Of a stretch of 64,000 bases of DNA, positions 24,082-37,790 are shown in pieces. Positions within the stretch are counted from its first letter, which is position 1, and each line of letters starts with the position of its first letter. The translations under genes and the position numbers were made by a program. The DNA comes from Selaginella moellendorffii (lineage: Eukaryota > Plantae > Lycopodiophyta): contig NW_003314284.1 in assembly GCF_000143415.4 (NCBI RefSeq), positions 496,001 to 560,000 on the forward strand, read 5' to 3'. A model generated the notes under the pieces. The model ran no database searches. It was given only the letters and a program-made list of their open reading frames with translations, and was not told the DNA's origin.

Positions 24082-24140
24082 GGATCAAAGAATGCTTCCA
24101 ACAAAACCTTTTTCTTTTCCTCTCGTTCTAAGCCTCAGGG

Positions 24141-25446
24141 CTATGATCTTCTTCGAGCTCTTCTCCGGCACTCGAAGCACTGATCCCAGTGGTCGCTGCT
24201 TGCCAATCTCGGGGCAGTGGACTGTGGCCGTGGTGGTGCAGGTGTCACTTCTTTCCCTTCTCGCAATGCTTTCAACTCCTCGTTCAAGTCCTCGATCTGT
24301 CTTTGCTGTCGCAAAAGCTGCGCAAGTATATTTGGTTAGAAGAAACGTAAAGGATAGAAGAAAGCTCCTTACAGTTTGAAGGATCTCTTTCTCCAGTCTC
24401 AACCTCTCGACCTGCGGGACGAGTGGCTTTAGATTCAAGAGCGTGAGCAAATATTATAACAAAGTTCCAACCTCGCTGGTTTGTGTTTGCGACGAAGTCG
24501 AGCCTGGCATTTGGAATGGAGCATGGGGAGGGGTTGACGCTGCCGGTATGTAGCTCGCTAAAACGTTCGCTCGAGCTGCGGGTGGAGAACTGGGAGACGA
24601 AGGTCCTGCGGGATTTGGACTTATCAAGTTGGATCCAGGAAGTAACATCTTGCTATCCACGACAGCCAGTGGTCCCAAGTGTGGACCGAAGCGACTAGCG
24701 AGTGCCGCCGCGCTATCCTACACCGAAGCTTTCAGTTTTGATGTTTCGTAAACTGAGCAACAAACCTGAGCAAATTGCAGCAATTGTTCCGTCACTCCTT
24801 GTTTCAAGCCCACACCTAGAAGGAAAAAGAACGCACGAAAATTTGGATACATTGTGTGTGTGGGACAAACATACCGACCAACATGAAACCATGCCCGATT
24901 CCAACCCCACAGCCGATACCAGCGTCGAGAGTCTTGATTCCCAGCTTCGCTTTCTGTTGAAAAAGAGAGAGTTTTTAGCAAGAGAAGCCTAGGAAGAACA
25001 GAGTCATACGAACTGATTGAAGTAACGTCCAGATTTACCGAGAAGCCGGTTCAAGTCCTGGACTGGTATCCCAAATCTGGAGAGCGCCCCTGATGTGGCA
25101 GTAGCAATTCACAAGTGTGTCAGCCCAACGCGGCCCCTCAACTGCAAATATGACACTAAACAGTCAACACGATTCACTCCGACGCATAAATGAGAATGCA
25201 GCACTCAAGAAGAACTCTTGGAACATCTAGAACATGAGACTCCATTCCAAGTTTGTCAAAAGTGTTACCTAGTTGAATCGGCCTGCCAACGCCAATCCCG
25301 ACGCCACATCCCACGCCAGCGCCTGTAGTGATCTGGGCGATTTTGAAAACGAAGGGGTTGCGAAGCTGGAGCTTGGGAAATGGTACTCGAGCCGGGGCTG
25401 GAGCTGGGCTGGGCGCTGTCGTCTCCGCCTGGACGACGCCTTCCAT
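24141..25446 (-). CDS. Conserved uncharacterised plant protein with Gly-rich GxGxG segments and C-terminal coiled coil/CFECRRR
   Basis: NPFVFKIAQITTGAGVGCGVGIGVGRP in exon 1; further IGCGVGIGHG Gly-rich exon; the spliced last exon ends DQCFECRRRARRRS* (stop at 24141). Confidence 0.8.
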
Positions 25447-25555
25447 GGAGCTAAAGCCCTCGCAAAACCAGGGATCGCTGGTTCGAATCCTGATATTAAC
25501 AAACACTATTGATGTGCCTAGCAATGGGCAACCTTGGAAATACCTGGTCGAGCTT

Positions 25556-28500
25556 TCAGGATAGTAGTATCCACGCAATGCACTCCTTCAGCAAGTCGAA
25601 TCCATAGTAAGTCGCAATATTCAAGAATACGTGGCTTTTGGACATGAACTCGGCCGGCTTTTCTACGCACTCGAAGCTGCCACCGCAGGAGCATTGCTCG
25701 GTGATATGTGCGGCTTTTATCTGTGCATAAAGATGTGATTTTGATTAGAGACGAGGCCAGTATTGGTCATAGAGAATTCTACCTGGCGGCACTTCACGCA
25801 CTTGAGGTCCTGCAGATGGTAAAGACGCTCTCTCTGCCGAACGATCTGGAGTAATGCATTCTCAATCCATTGGACGTTGTACATTTGTCCACATTGAGGA
25901 ACTGTACAGTGCCAGTCCTTTTGAAGCAAGGCAGCATCCCGACACAAGTCGAGGTCTCGGCAGTCATTGCAGTAGCTGAATACAAAAGTTTTAATCAGAA
26001 AGCTCACCAAGGAAAAGTACCTGCAAATGACGTTCGGAAGGGTAAACGATAGACAAGGGTCGTGGAATTGAGCCTCGGGTGCAAACTCCCTCACATGAAC
26101 CAGCCTAAGCAGGTTCTTTCTCATAACCTTCGAAGGAAAAAAGAACGTGAGCTCTATAAAGAAAAAGCACTAAAGAACATACAAACCTGAACAGAATGCT
26201 GCACGCGGTGATCAAGGGACATTGCAGCATAAATATACTTGATGAACTCGAGAGCTGCGTCACCCAGAGCTAAATGAGAGCCAGCTAGATTCGGGAACTT
26301 GAAGTCGTCCGCGTCTCTGGAAGCCGTGAAGTGCCGTTGAATATCTCTTACGATTCTCAACAGCTTGTCTGTAAAATATGACTCAATCTGCACAAATTTC
26401 AGATAGTGAAGGTCGTATCGAAATGCCAGACGAACCTGTTCTTTCAAAAATGATGTTTCCAGGGCGTCAGCGTCAGCAGCGGCGGCAACAGTCACAGATT
26501 GGGTTGATGAGAAGGAAAATGATCTCGCTGCAATAGTTTCTTGCGCGTGTTTCCATGGGAGATAGATAAACTCCGACACCACGACGATGAAAAACTCCTG
26601 AATAGCCTTCGGCAAATACTCGGCTATATTCCAGGATGAAACAATTTCAAATTCCTCAGAATTGTCTTCAGATGAAACTTTGGCTTGGATAGCGCCATAG
26701 TTGTACTGCACAGCAGATGTTACATGCAACAACAAGCAAGAAACCAATCATGATTTACCTGGTCCATGAATAAAATGGAATGCCAATAACGTTGAGGCTC
26801 AAGCTCAATCCACTCGAACATTTCTCTGCGAACAGAAGATTGTAGAAACGGAATCGCCGCGACTGGACACTAACCTGGTTTGCAGTGTTTTTAAAAGGTG
26901 ATCACAGTAGTTTTTGGCAGCCTCAACGTTGTGTTTTCCTGTCCCGATTATGATTCGCGAAAAACTTCCATACACAATGGTAGCTCCAAGCTTTCGAAGT
27001 TCAGCCAGCAAAAGTGCATACACCTTCTGCATGACCTGCATTGATTATAGTTAGAATCTAAAATTTGCAGTTCCGAAGGAAAAAATTCACCTTATGTAAA
27101 AGCCGGTGCAATGATGGATCATGAAGCTTCGACAGTGGACTGCAGCATAAAGTTAGAATAAGCATAAGAACTGTCAACGGCCGAAGCACCTGCAAAGCCA
27201 TCTGTACAAGTTCTGCAAAAGAACATCGGCGAAAACGTTTGCAGAGGACATGGCATCGACTAACCACCCAGATACCATCTGTTTTAGAAGACCGAAAGCA
27301 GGCGCACAAGAATTGGTTTCATCCCAGGAACCTCCCACTTGACGAAGATTGGAACCAGTTGCATCAAGCTCAAAGCCTAGCAACGCTCCTCCTTCCAGCT
27401 CATTTACTTGAGTGCTCTTTAAAAGAGCATTGACTGCCAGATGATTTATCTACATCAAGGAAGAGAACATGTTGTCCGAGATGAAATTGGAAGACGGAGT
27501 GTACCTTGAGCTCAATAGTAACACTTCTGTAAGCACCAGGATAGCACAAAGACGGTTGCTGAACCTGTTAAACAATCGCGTCAACACCAACAAGCCAATG
27601 GACTATTCTCGCACCACATCTGTAAAGCTTGGTTCGTCTTGTGGAACACCTCCAAGATCCGGTAAGCCATCATCAGATATCCACAAAACCTGCAGAAACA
27701 TTAACTCAGGAACAAAAACGGATATGATAAGAGAAATACATGCTGATTGTCCTTCAGCACTCGTGCGTAAAATGCATCCGCAGTGAAAAGAATCCAGTCT
27801 GAGTCCAAATTGCCCAGCGGAACCTGAAATCATGTTTGTACACGATACACGAAATATAAAGACGTAAACTCACATGAGCGTATCGACAAAGTGCAATTCT
27901 TTCCGAAAGCCAGGATGGTGAGGCAGCACAACGCTGCATCGCTAATTTTGCAGCTACTGGTTGCCATCCAAGAAGCTGTCCACAAGCGACTCACGTATAT
28001 TTAGAAATGCTTCAGAAAAAACATAATGCCCACCTTATAGTCACTGTGACGTGAATTCCAAGGAACTTGAACTCGAGGAACCTCCAAAATAGCCGGAACA
28101 AGAGCCATAATGTTTTCCATGGACGGACATTCTACAATCGCCACGGCAGGCCTCCGAAACTGGTCCCTGCAGATGTTTTTTTTTAAGGATGAATAACGGT
28201 ATCCCAACGTACAAATAATCATGCAAAGTCCTTTGCAAACGCCTTCCAGCTTCAGCATATGTAGCCAAATATTCTATCTGCAGATTGAAAGCTTGTCAAA
28301 ACAGTGCTGATCCTCAAAAACATACCTCGAAGTTAACGTCTGATGTATCTATGTTGAATTGTTCCATGACCGATGACTCTTGTGTCCGAAGTGCGTCGCG
28401 AAACTGCCTTTCTAACCAGTTTGTTGACACCTCCTTGTTGACTGACGGATTGACAATGATAACGAGAACTTTTGCGGCCAAAGGAGCATACAAGGCATAA

Positions 28501-31500
28501 CAGCCACGGGGCTCAAATGCGCTGAAAAAAAACGATATGTCAGTTTAACAAGTTCATCAATAGCAATGTGTGCACCTGTGATATAAGTAGATAAAGGAGA
28601 CGTCATCTGCCAGATAAGAGCACTCAGTAGTGGTCTTCATGTGCAATTCTTCTAGCGACCACCCTTCGTTTAAGCTCCGCTTTTGCGCTTTAACGTCAAC
28701 AGAGCAAACACAGCCGAGTTGAAGAATGGCTTGAAGTATGAGAGGCAATCTAGTCTCGTAAACTCCCTGTTCACATCTCAAAACCTCACGAACTGCTTAG
28801 CAAACATTGAGCTTGTACCTCAACTTCTGGATCCGACAGATGAGCTACAACATCCTTTTTGGCCTGCTTGTACTGCTCTTCGTCCAAAATGACCTGTGCT
28901 CAAAAAAGGATTCAGATGATTAGCCACATAAAAGGGAAAAAAAAATTATCGTGCTATAACAGACCTCAATAAGATTAAAACAGGCTTTTCCGTGAGGTAG
29001 CACTCGGCTGACACGCTTTCCAGGATAATCTTCGGAAACTAAAGCACGCGTATTCAGGTAAAAAACTCGTGACACCTTTACGGGGACCTTGTACATGGAA
29101 CTACCAGCCACTACCCAAGCAATGAAATCTCCAGGCTTTTCAGTGGCCTCAAACTGCAAAACCTGAAATGCGCATCCAAAATGCGTGGTTCAGAGAGTTA
29201 AATTTCAAATTTAGTACCTCCCAATGTGACCGTGTTAATGAAGCCTCTCGATTCTGAAAAAATGTATTCACACTATTTCCCTTTTTTGACCTGTTCAATC
29301 TGTTGTCTGTGTGTCGAGGTTCAGGACCTTGTCTAATGTAGCAGCATATATATTATTTCTCATCGATTAAGAACCATGTAAAGTAAAAAGAAAAAAATAC
29401 CTGAGACGCTTTCGTTTCTCACGAACATCTTTCCACTTTCTTTTTCGTTTATCGAGCCATGCTCCATAATCATCTCCATCAGAGGTGCAGAGAGGTTCTG
29501 TATTCGCTGTTGCAGCAGTTTCAACTTCAGCATTGAGCCCTTTCGAAGAGCAAGTTTCCTTGCCACCACATATATCCTCCAAGTCACCAACCAAAGCCTC
29601 ATTGTCAACATCTGCGTTTGTTATGGGCTTAAAAGCATCAAATATGCTTTTTTGCCGATATTTGTCATCCTTTTCACGAACTCTCTTCCACAACCAGTCT
29701 GGATGACTAACTCTAGGAACAGGATTGGCTACCTGCATTTACATTTTTAGACTAAGTTGCTGTGAGAAGTGATTATTTACCTTCTGCATCGCAGCAGGAA
29801 TTGTGATAATCTTTTGTATAGTGGACGCTAACCGTTGTCTGTAGTATGACCAATCGACTATAGAGCGAAAATCTGCATCAGCGGACACCTTGCACCATTT
29901 TCTCAAGTATGCTCTCATAACCTCTGTAAAAGCGTTGTGTTAATAATCAAATAAACTTAGACACAGTTATACCAGCTTCAGTCTCAAATATAGCAACGGG
30001 TACTGCACGTTCGCTAACAGGTGAGCCCTGAAATTTTCAAATTTAAGTCGCCGAGGAGCAGAATCGAACTTCTTTACCTGAGGATCCCGGGCAACAATAT
30101 AACGACAGCTCAGCCCCTTGTCCTTCACCATAGCTTCACCAAGAAAATCAGCTAGCCGCTTAGCCGTGGTGGTAGCACAGGATTTTTTATCGCCATAATC
30201 GGCGAGAGACTTGCTCATTGTACTTGACTCCGATATGTAGTCAAGAAGCTCACTATCAGCCACATCTGCTCCTTGATTCTATCATTATTTAGAGAAAAGA
30301 GTTAAGTTACTTAGATCAGTTCAAGTATAAAAATGAAACCACCTCTAACATATCCAGCCACCTGTCAGCAACGGCCGCTACAGCGTCATAACATTCTTCG
30401 AGCGTACTACCTTGAAGAAATTTCTCGAAAACTTCTGCCTGTAAAAAGCACAACTGAAATATACGCATGAACATGAGCTACAGCGTACCTGAAAAACCTT
30501 TATAAGTTTAAGTTCACCTCGCCGCTTTACTTCAAAGCCTTTTAGCTCGGCAAGTGTTCCGTCATCATTGAAGACCGCATAGCGCTTTTTAATAAGCACT
30601 CCCTCTTCTTTAGAGGCCGGGAGTATCATTGCCTAAAGAAGAAGTAAAGTTCAGCTTGCATAACTTAAACATGATTTACCTTATACGGTCCATCAACCTC
30701 AAATTCAATTGAGCATTCGCTACTTGTTCGGTAAGTACGTTCCGTAGCGTCTGCCAGTGTCTACATTTCAAAGTTAAGGAAGTCGTGAGAACACATGCGG
30801 ATACCTGGTATTGATGGTTGGTGTTGTTTAACGCGACATCCACGTTAAGCATCACACATGGGTACGAAATCGGAAGTTTTTTATCTCTGATAGGAGGACT
30901 GTTAAGCGGCATAGAGATTTAGATACTCACTTTGTACGAAAAACAAAGTTTTCAGGAAAAGATGCTGGTAAAGCACACCAGATCCCGTCTGTATCCAGCT
31001 CCAACGGTTTTCCGATCTGTTCGACAAGTATCCGTGCATTTTGGATGATTTTTGCTCCTGTATATGTCACAATTCCTGCCATTTCCATAGAATACCACCT
31101 TGCTCCTCTGGACACACAAACAAGCAGAATCAACCACGTTAATAGATGAATGCATAAAGCTTACTTTCTCATGACGTAGCCGTAAAATGAGTTAAGAATA
31201 CACTTGTGTGCAAGTTGCAGTGAATCATATAAAACCACCATATCCTGAAGTTCAAAAGATTAGTACGTGTAGAAGACAACAAGTTAACGCAACTTGAGCT
31301 TCTTGAATTTTGATAGAATTCCCGCTTGACTTCGCCTCCGTCAATTTTCCCTTCCACACCTTATTAAGGGTTTTGTACTCGTATCTTCGGTCTCGAAAAC
31401 TTACCAAAAGAAAAAAAAAACAAACAAACAAACAAAAAAATTAAATTGAGAAAAATCCAAAAGACAATATCTTCTACCTCCGAACTGTATCCACATAAAA

Positions 31501-34500
31501 GGAATTTTCGCGCATGCACACTCCCGCTACCCGCTGTTCTGTTGTCGGTTTATCAAGTACTCGCTTATAAACCTGGGCAAAGCACATGTGACCCAAGGCA
31601 TATAGAGGTGAATGCATACCTTTTGACAGTACTTCTTCAATCTGTCCCGCAGCTTAGATTGCTGCTCGTCTTTTGACAGATCACGAAAATACTGTGAAGG
31701 CTTCCCTTCTCCTGCTGTAAACATTTCGGACTCAATTTGGTTTTTCAGATGATAGTATTCACTTGAGAAGAAGTGTTAGACGTTAATCAAAATTGAAGAG
31801 ACAAACTACCTTCTCTTGGTCATAAAGGATTCGCCTCTCCAAACCCATTGCATAGGACGCAAACACGTTTTTTCGGCTCGATTAAAATCGCAGGCCGCGC
31901 ATGTTTCATCAGTCACAATTGAAGGCGGCTGTGGATAAACAACACGGGACACTGAGAACACTGAGAACAGAGACGAAATTTAATACTGACCTGAAGGCGA
32001 TTAGTCAGTATAATATTAGGATACATGGCCGCCACGTCCAAGTGATATATTACAGGCTGCTCTTCCCTGTTGGGTACATCCCGTAGATTTTCAAGCTGCA
32101 AAAATGCAGACAATATAAACTGCCAAAGAAAGGAATACGCACCATTGACTTTATTTCTTTCTTAACTTCGTCGTAGTTGGTCACTTCCTGAGCATTCATC
32201 TTCCCTTCTTTCTCTATGGCATACAAAAGGTCGCGATCCAGGTTGTCTACCAGCTTCTGTACCACAAAGATTAGCAACATGTTCACGACAAAGAAAGTAA
32301 AACTACTGACTTGGTATGCCTCGGGCACGAGTCGAAATCTAGTAGGAAGATCCGAACGAAAAACACCACTCTCAAGGCATTCAACATGGCCTCCAATGTA
32401 TGTCTCGCTATCCAGAAGTCTACCACTGTAAAACCGTTCCGGTTCTGACTTGTGTTTGTTCGGGCAGATAATGTTTCCTTTAAATGCCTGAGGAAAAAAG
32501 TTTAAACTAAATATTTGACGCTGTACTCAATGCTCATACCTGAACCATAAGAAGCATTTCACACAAAGTTCCACTACCCTTTCGTAACACTTCGTCCGGA
32601 GACATAGGTATGATAGTGGCAAGAGAGAAGATAAACGGATTAACGTATGTCATGTAAAGATAATACGTGGCGACGGCGTCTGAGACGGAATAAGCTGCCA
32701 TTTTCTGCAACAGAGATCAGATCGTTTCTTTTGCACAAGTACAATGTACGCACCTGAGGTTGTTCGCTAGCGAAACGAACCATGTCTTCTGGATTGACTT
32801 CCAGAGGATCATATCCAAGCTTCGCCTTCGTCACAGCCTGAAAGCAGAGAACATAAGAAAGTGATAGTTATAAAGAAATTTAGAAGACCTTAAGACCTTG
32901 GCTGCCCTGTGGAAGGTAGCTGTCACGTTTAACCCAAGCGAAGCAATCTAAGTGACAAGCGAATTTACTTAAACACTCTCCCTGCGCTGAATCACAGGAA
33001 AAGCCGAGTTTCTGCAAGAAAACATGTCAGGAAATTTAAAAGTTTTTTGCAAACATACGTCGCGCATGCTTAATCCATGATGTTTGGCCCGCTCTTCAAT
33101 AAAAGGCCAGTCAAAGAAGTCTCCGTTGTAGGTAACAAAGATGTTCGGTTTAATTTCACGCATATGGTCGAACCACCACTCTAGAAGTTCTTTCTGCAAC
33201 AGAAAGAAGTTGTGAGTCAAGTGCACGTCTAATAATCAAAATACATACCTCCGAGGCTGCATTTCGAACCTTAAAATGTCCTTCAAACTCTGGCTTAGGA
33301 GTATATTCAATGTCGTCTATGTCTTCACTTACACACTGCCAAAAAATGTTCAGAAGACGGCATCATGAGCAACATAGCAAGTTACCTCTCTGTTGATAAT
33401 CAGATAACCCTGGCTATCGACCATATACGATATCATCATCACACTATCATAAGATGCATCTGGAAACTTCAACGGAAGTTTGGTTGCTTCAATATCAAAA
33501 GCACATACGCGAGCCTCTGCTCGCTGAAGGAGATCGGGCCGTTTTTCCAACTTTGTCCTTGCTGCGTCTACGGTTACGACGTACCATTCTCCACATCTGA
33601 CATCTGGGCAGGTTTCAATAAAGAAACGAGATAATAAACTTTACCATTGTCTATTGCGAAGCGGACATGATACGGAACATCAAACTCGCGTATATCTACA
33701 ATGCATTCATTGTAGTCATAAACTTTCGATTTGTTTTGCTTCTCTGTGCTGCAAAGCATCCCACGTTAAATAGCAAAGAATTCTCCCGCAGCAATTCAAA
33801 AAATATCAGGCAGCATACCTTAGCCCGTAAAGTACAGATTCATAAGCTTCGACCGCCTCCAGCTTCGCTTGATTGCGAGCCACGATTGGCATCAGGTCGC
33901 TTTTCACTTGCATGAGATCTTGGACTGTGTTGAAGCTGATTTTAATAAATCGCTTGCGCAGTCCAGAAAGGTGATTTTTCTGTAGCGAACGTGCAACATA
34001 CGTGAAATATTTCCTTAGCAAGTTGAAACTTTTACCAGGTCAAGATCTTCCTTTTCGACTATTTTCGTGTTTGAGATGAGTCCCTCAAAGCGCCTCCGAA
34101 TATACGACTCTAGTTCAAGTTCCATACCAATCTGGCAAAACAAAACGAGCTGTAAGCGAAGTATTAAAGGACATATATGAGCTTACCTTCGCTCCTATGT
34201 AGAAATATGGAGCAAACTTCACACGGGTTTTAAAACCCGACCCATCCTGCATACGAATAAATTGCAGCGAAAACTAATCCAAGGCGAGAAAGAAAAAGAA
34301 ACGAACAGGGAAGAATCCTGACCTGGCACAGAAAGCACAGATTTACACAGCTGAAAGTCTGATTGCCACATTCCTCGTCCTGGAATGACGACTGAAGAAG
34401 AAAAACCCAAAATTCAGCCGAGCCAACTAAGCAAAACGCTGCATTACCGGCGACATATTGAGAAGCCATCCAAGCTTTGGATCTCCTTCCGTGAACAATC

Positions 34501-34675
34501 CAAACCCAAACTTCTCCTCCAGATCATCGTCATTTCCTCGAAAAACCCTAGATCTGCGACCGCCCCGACCGCCTCTGCCCTTACCTCTGCTGCCCCTTTC
34601 GCCATCGCGAGAGCTCTCAGGGCCCCGTCCCCGCGCCCCATGCCACATTCCGGGCCTGCGCCCTCGAGACGCCAT
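25556..34675 (-). CDS. POL2A: DNA polymerase epsilon catalytic subunit, many short exons
   Basis: N-terminal [18 protein letters not shown]; Exo[15 protein letters not shown]; Exo[12 protein letters not shown]; Exo[13 protein letters not shown]; polymerase [30 protein letters not shown]; C-terminal Cys zinc fingers; ends ECIAWILLS*. Confidence 0.97.
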
Positions 34676-34765
34676 AGCTCGGCGCAAAGAAGAATGCGCG
34701 GGAAAAATATAAAGGGTTTAGGGCTCTAGCTAAATCTTTAACACGTGGCACTAATTAACAGTTAA

Positions 34766-34847
34766 GCTGCTTTGGCCGAGTGGTTAAGGCGTGTGCCTGC
34801 TAAGTACATGGGATTTTCCCGCGAGAGTTCGAATCTCTCAGGCAACG
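34766..34847 (+). tRNA. trnS-GCU: tRNA-Ser (anticodon GCU)
   Basis: 82 nt; A-box TGGCCGAGTGG, anticodon loop CTGCTAA, long variable arm, GTTCGAATC T-loop, T6 terminator just downstream. Acceptor stem has a C:A mismatch at pair 2. Confidence 0.95.
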
Positions 34848-34935
34848 TCCTTTTTTCATACTTACTATTTATTTGTAAAGGTTTTCCAGATGACTATTTT
34901 TCAAGTATTTTCCTAGGGCAACTCATCGTTTCCAG

Positions 34936-37716
34936 ATGGTGTTGCAAGCACAATGGGTTCTTCCTCGAGATTGCGACGCTGCCATGGTAAGGAGGAGCTC
35001 AGGTAGCTAGATTCAAGCTTAATTTCGGTGGATCTCCAGGAAACGCTAGCACAGACTCTACTAGATCACGGCCAGGAGCATCTTTTCGAGGGTTGGCCAG
35101 AGCCGGGAATCGGCGACGATGACAAAGCGAGATTTTTCAATCAGGTACCACATTGGATGATTGAATCGACGTGGTTTGATTTATCTTTCTACTGAATTGT
35201 AGGTGAAGAAGCTAGACGCGAACTATCCAGGCGGATTAGTGGCATACATTGACAATGCTCGAAAGCTACTGGCGGATTCTAAAGCCGGTAGAAATCCTTT
35301 CGATGGCTATGTCCCATCGGTAAGAAAGTTTTCCTTTAATTTCCTTTCTCTCGTCTCGGTGTTGATGGAGAATTCTTATGTTGTCATAAGGTTCCTTCTG
35401 GCGAGCGTCTTTACTATGGAGACGAACGCTTTGTTCGTTTCGAAGAGGCCGGTGTTAAGGCAGCGTCTAACGCAGCGTTCGTGTTAGTTGCCGGTGGACT
35501 TGGTGAGCGTCTAGGCTATACTGGAATCAAGGTACAGTGGAAAAATAAAAAATACAAAGGAAAAATGCAAGAAAATAAAAAAGAAGTTGGATTTCTGATT
35601 GTATTTTCCCTGCAGGTAGCATTACCTTCCGAAACAACTACAGGAACCTGCTTTTTGGAACTCTACATCAAGAACATTTTGGCGCTACAGGAATTTTCCT
35701 CCGCTACACGTACGTGATTTCCTAACTTTCGGGACCATTTGAGCTGTTGCTTTTCCTTCAGGTCCAATTCCCTTTGTAATTATGACATCCGACGACACTC
35801 ACGCAATGACTGAAAAGCTTCTCAAGGAAAACAATTTCTTTGGAATGGATCCAAGCCAAGTAACTCTTCTGAAACAGGTAGAAGCACGTCTAGAGACGTA
35901 GCATCTTCAAACTCATGCTTCCTTTCGCAGGAGAAAGTCGCGTGCTTGGCTGATAATTTTGCTAGATTAGCTCGGAATCCTTCTGACAAGTATTCTATCC
36001 AAGTACGCCACGACTCTAGCTCCTTTTCTTCGAAAACGCGCTAAAGCTTTGTTTTTTTTCTGTAGACGAAGCCGCACGGCCACGGAGACGTACATGCTGT
36101 TCTTTACTCAAGCGGCATTCTTTCCAGATGGTAAGTAAAGGTCTGTCTCATAGTGCGTGACTTGAAAAAATCTTCTTGGAAGGAAACTGTCCGGAGTCAA
36201 GTGGCTTATATTTTTCCAGGACACAAACGGACTGCTGTTCAAGGTAACTCTCTTTGTTTTTATTCGACAAAGCGGCTCAATCTTCAGATGACATAGGCAA
36301 TACCTGCGTCATTAGGCGTCAGTGTTACAAATGACCTGGACGTAAATTCTTTGGCTGTTCCACGTAAGGCAAAAGAGCCGATCGGAGGAATAGCTCGGCT
36401 GACACACACAAACGGTTTGAAAATTGCTGGTTTACAATCTGTTCGTGCTGACCGTGGAACAGGATCTGAAATGGTCATCAATGTCGAGTACAATCAACTT
36501 GATCCTTTGCTACGTAATACCGGATACGAAGACGGAGACGTAAATGACGAGACTGGATACTCTCCATATCCAGGAAACATCAACCAGGTAACTTTTACGT
36601 CGTCGAGGAATTTCCAGCCGATCTAATCACGCACATAACAGCTCGTGTTAAAGCTCGACTCTTATTTGGAGGAGCTCACCAAGACAAACGGCGCCATCGT
36701 TGAGTTTGTCAATCCAAAGTACGTTCATGCATTTAGTGCAGGATTTTGTTTCGTGCTCAAACAGATCTCCGAAACAACAGATACAAAGATGCGGGCAGGG
36801 AAGAATTTAAATCCTCTACGAGGCTCGAGTGCATGATGCAAGACTATCCAAGAACATTGTCGCCTTCGGCAAAAGTTGGCTTCACGGTAACTTTTGTCAC
36901 CTCTTTTGTATTTCGTCTACACTACTTTCTCGTCTACAGGTTATGGATACATGGCTGGCATATGCACCCGTGAAGAACAACCCGGAGGATGCTGCAAAGG
37001 TATCCATTTTTTTCAATTTGTTTACAGGGATTTAGATTTGTAAGACTCGCAGGTTCCGGAAGGAAATCCTAGACACAGTGCAACGACTGGCGAAATGGCA
37101 ATCTACAAAGCCAACAGCCTCATCTTGAAGAAGGTCTTTGATTCTTTCTTTCCTCTAGTTTTTCTATATCTCCAATGTTTACTCCTCAGGCTGGCGTGAA
37201 GATTGGGAGCCCCACAATCGAGACTTTCAACGGGCAAGAGGTGGAGGTGTGGCCGCGAGTGGTGTGGAGTCCGAGCTGGGGGCTTACGTCCTCGGACGTG
37301 AAAAGAAAGATCTCTGGTTCTTGCGAGATCACGCAAAGATCCACTCTAGTCATTCGAGGCGCGAATGTGTCGTTCAAGGACCTCTACCTGGACGGTGCTC
37401 TTGTCATTGACGCGAGCAAGCACTCTGAGGTATGTTAACTCTCGTGAAAACTTGATTTATTACTCGTTTTTTCTTTGGCTTCTTGTGCCAGGTCGAGATC
37501 CACTCGATCAGAGTTGTCAACGATGGCTGGGAGTTTCAAAAGGTGGGCTCCAAAGACGTGTCAGTGCCTGAGCAATATAGAATCCGGGGATTTATTACTA
37601 AGCAACTGGACCACAAGGAGCTGGAATTCGATCTTCCAGGGAGCTATTTAATCGCATGCGATGACACGGATGAGCTAAGCGGGCGAAGAGGCGAAGAGGC
37701 GAACGCCTTCGCTTAG
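34936..37716 (+). CDS. USP: UDP-sugar pyrophosphorylase, multi-exon
   Basis: [80 protein letters not shown]. Start codon is uncertain (34936 or 34984). Confidence 0.95.
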
Positions 37717-37790
37717 AAAACGAGAAATAAAAGCTTAATTATCTGCGCGCTTTGTACATAGCAAGTCGACGGTGCGTATTCGTGGTTCGA

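Noticed and set aside
24085-24450. ORF suggesting a stop only 3 bp from the EEP stop
   Set aside because: An intron shifts the frame; the spliced frame ends CFECRRRARRRS* at 24141.
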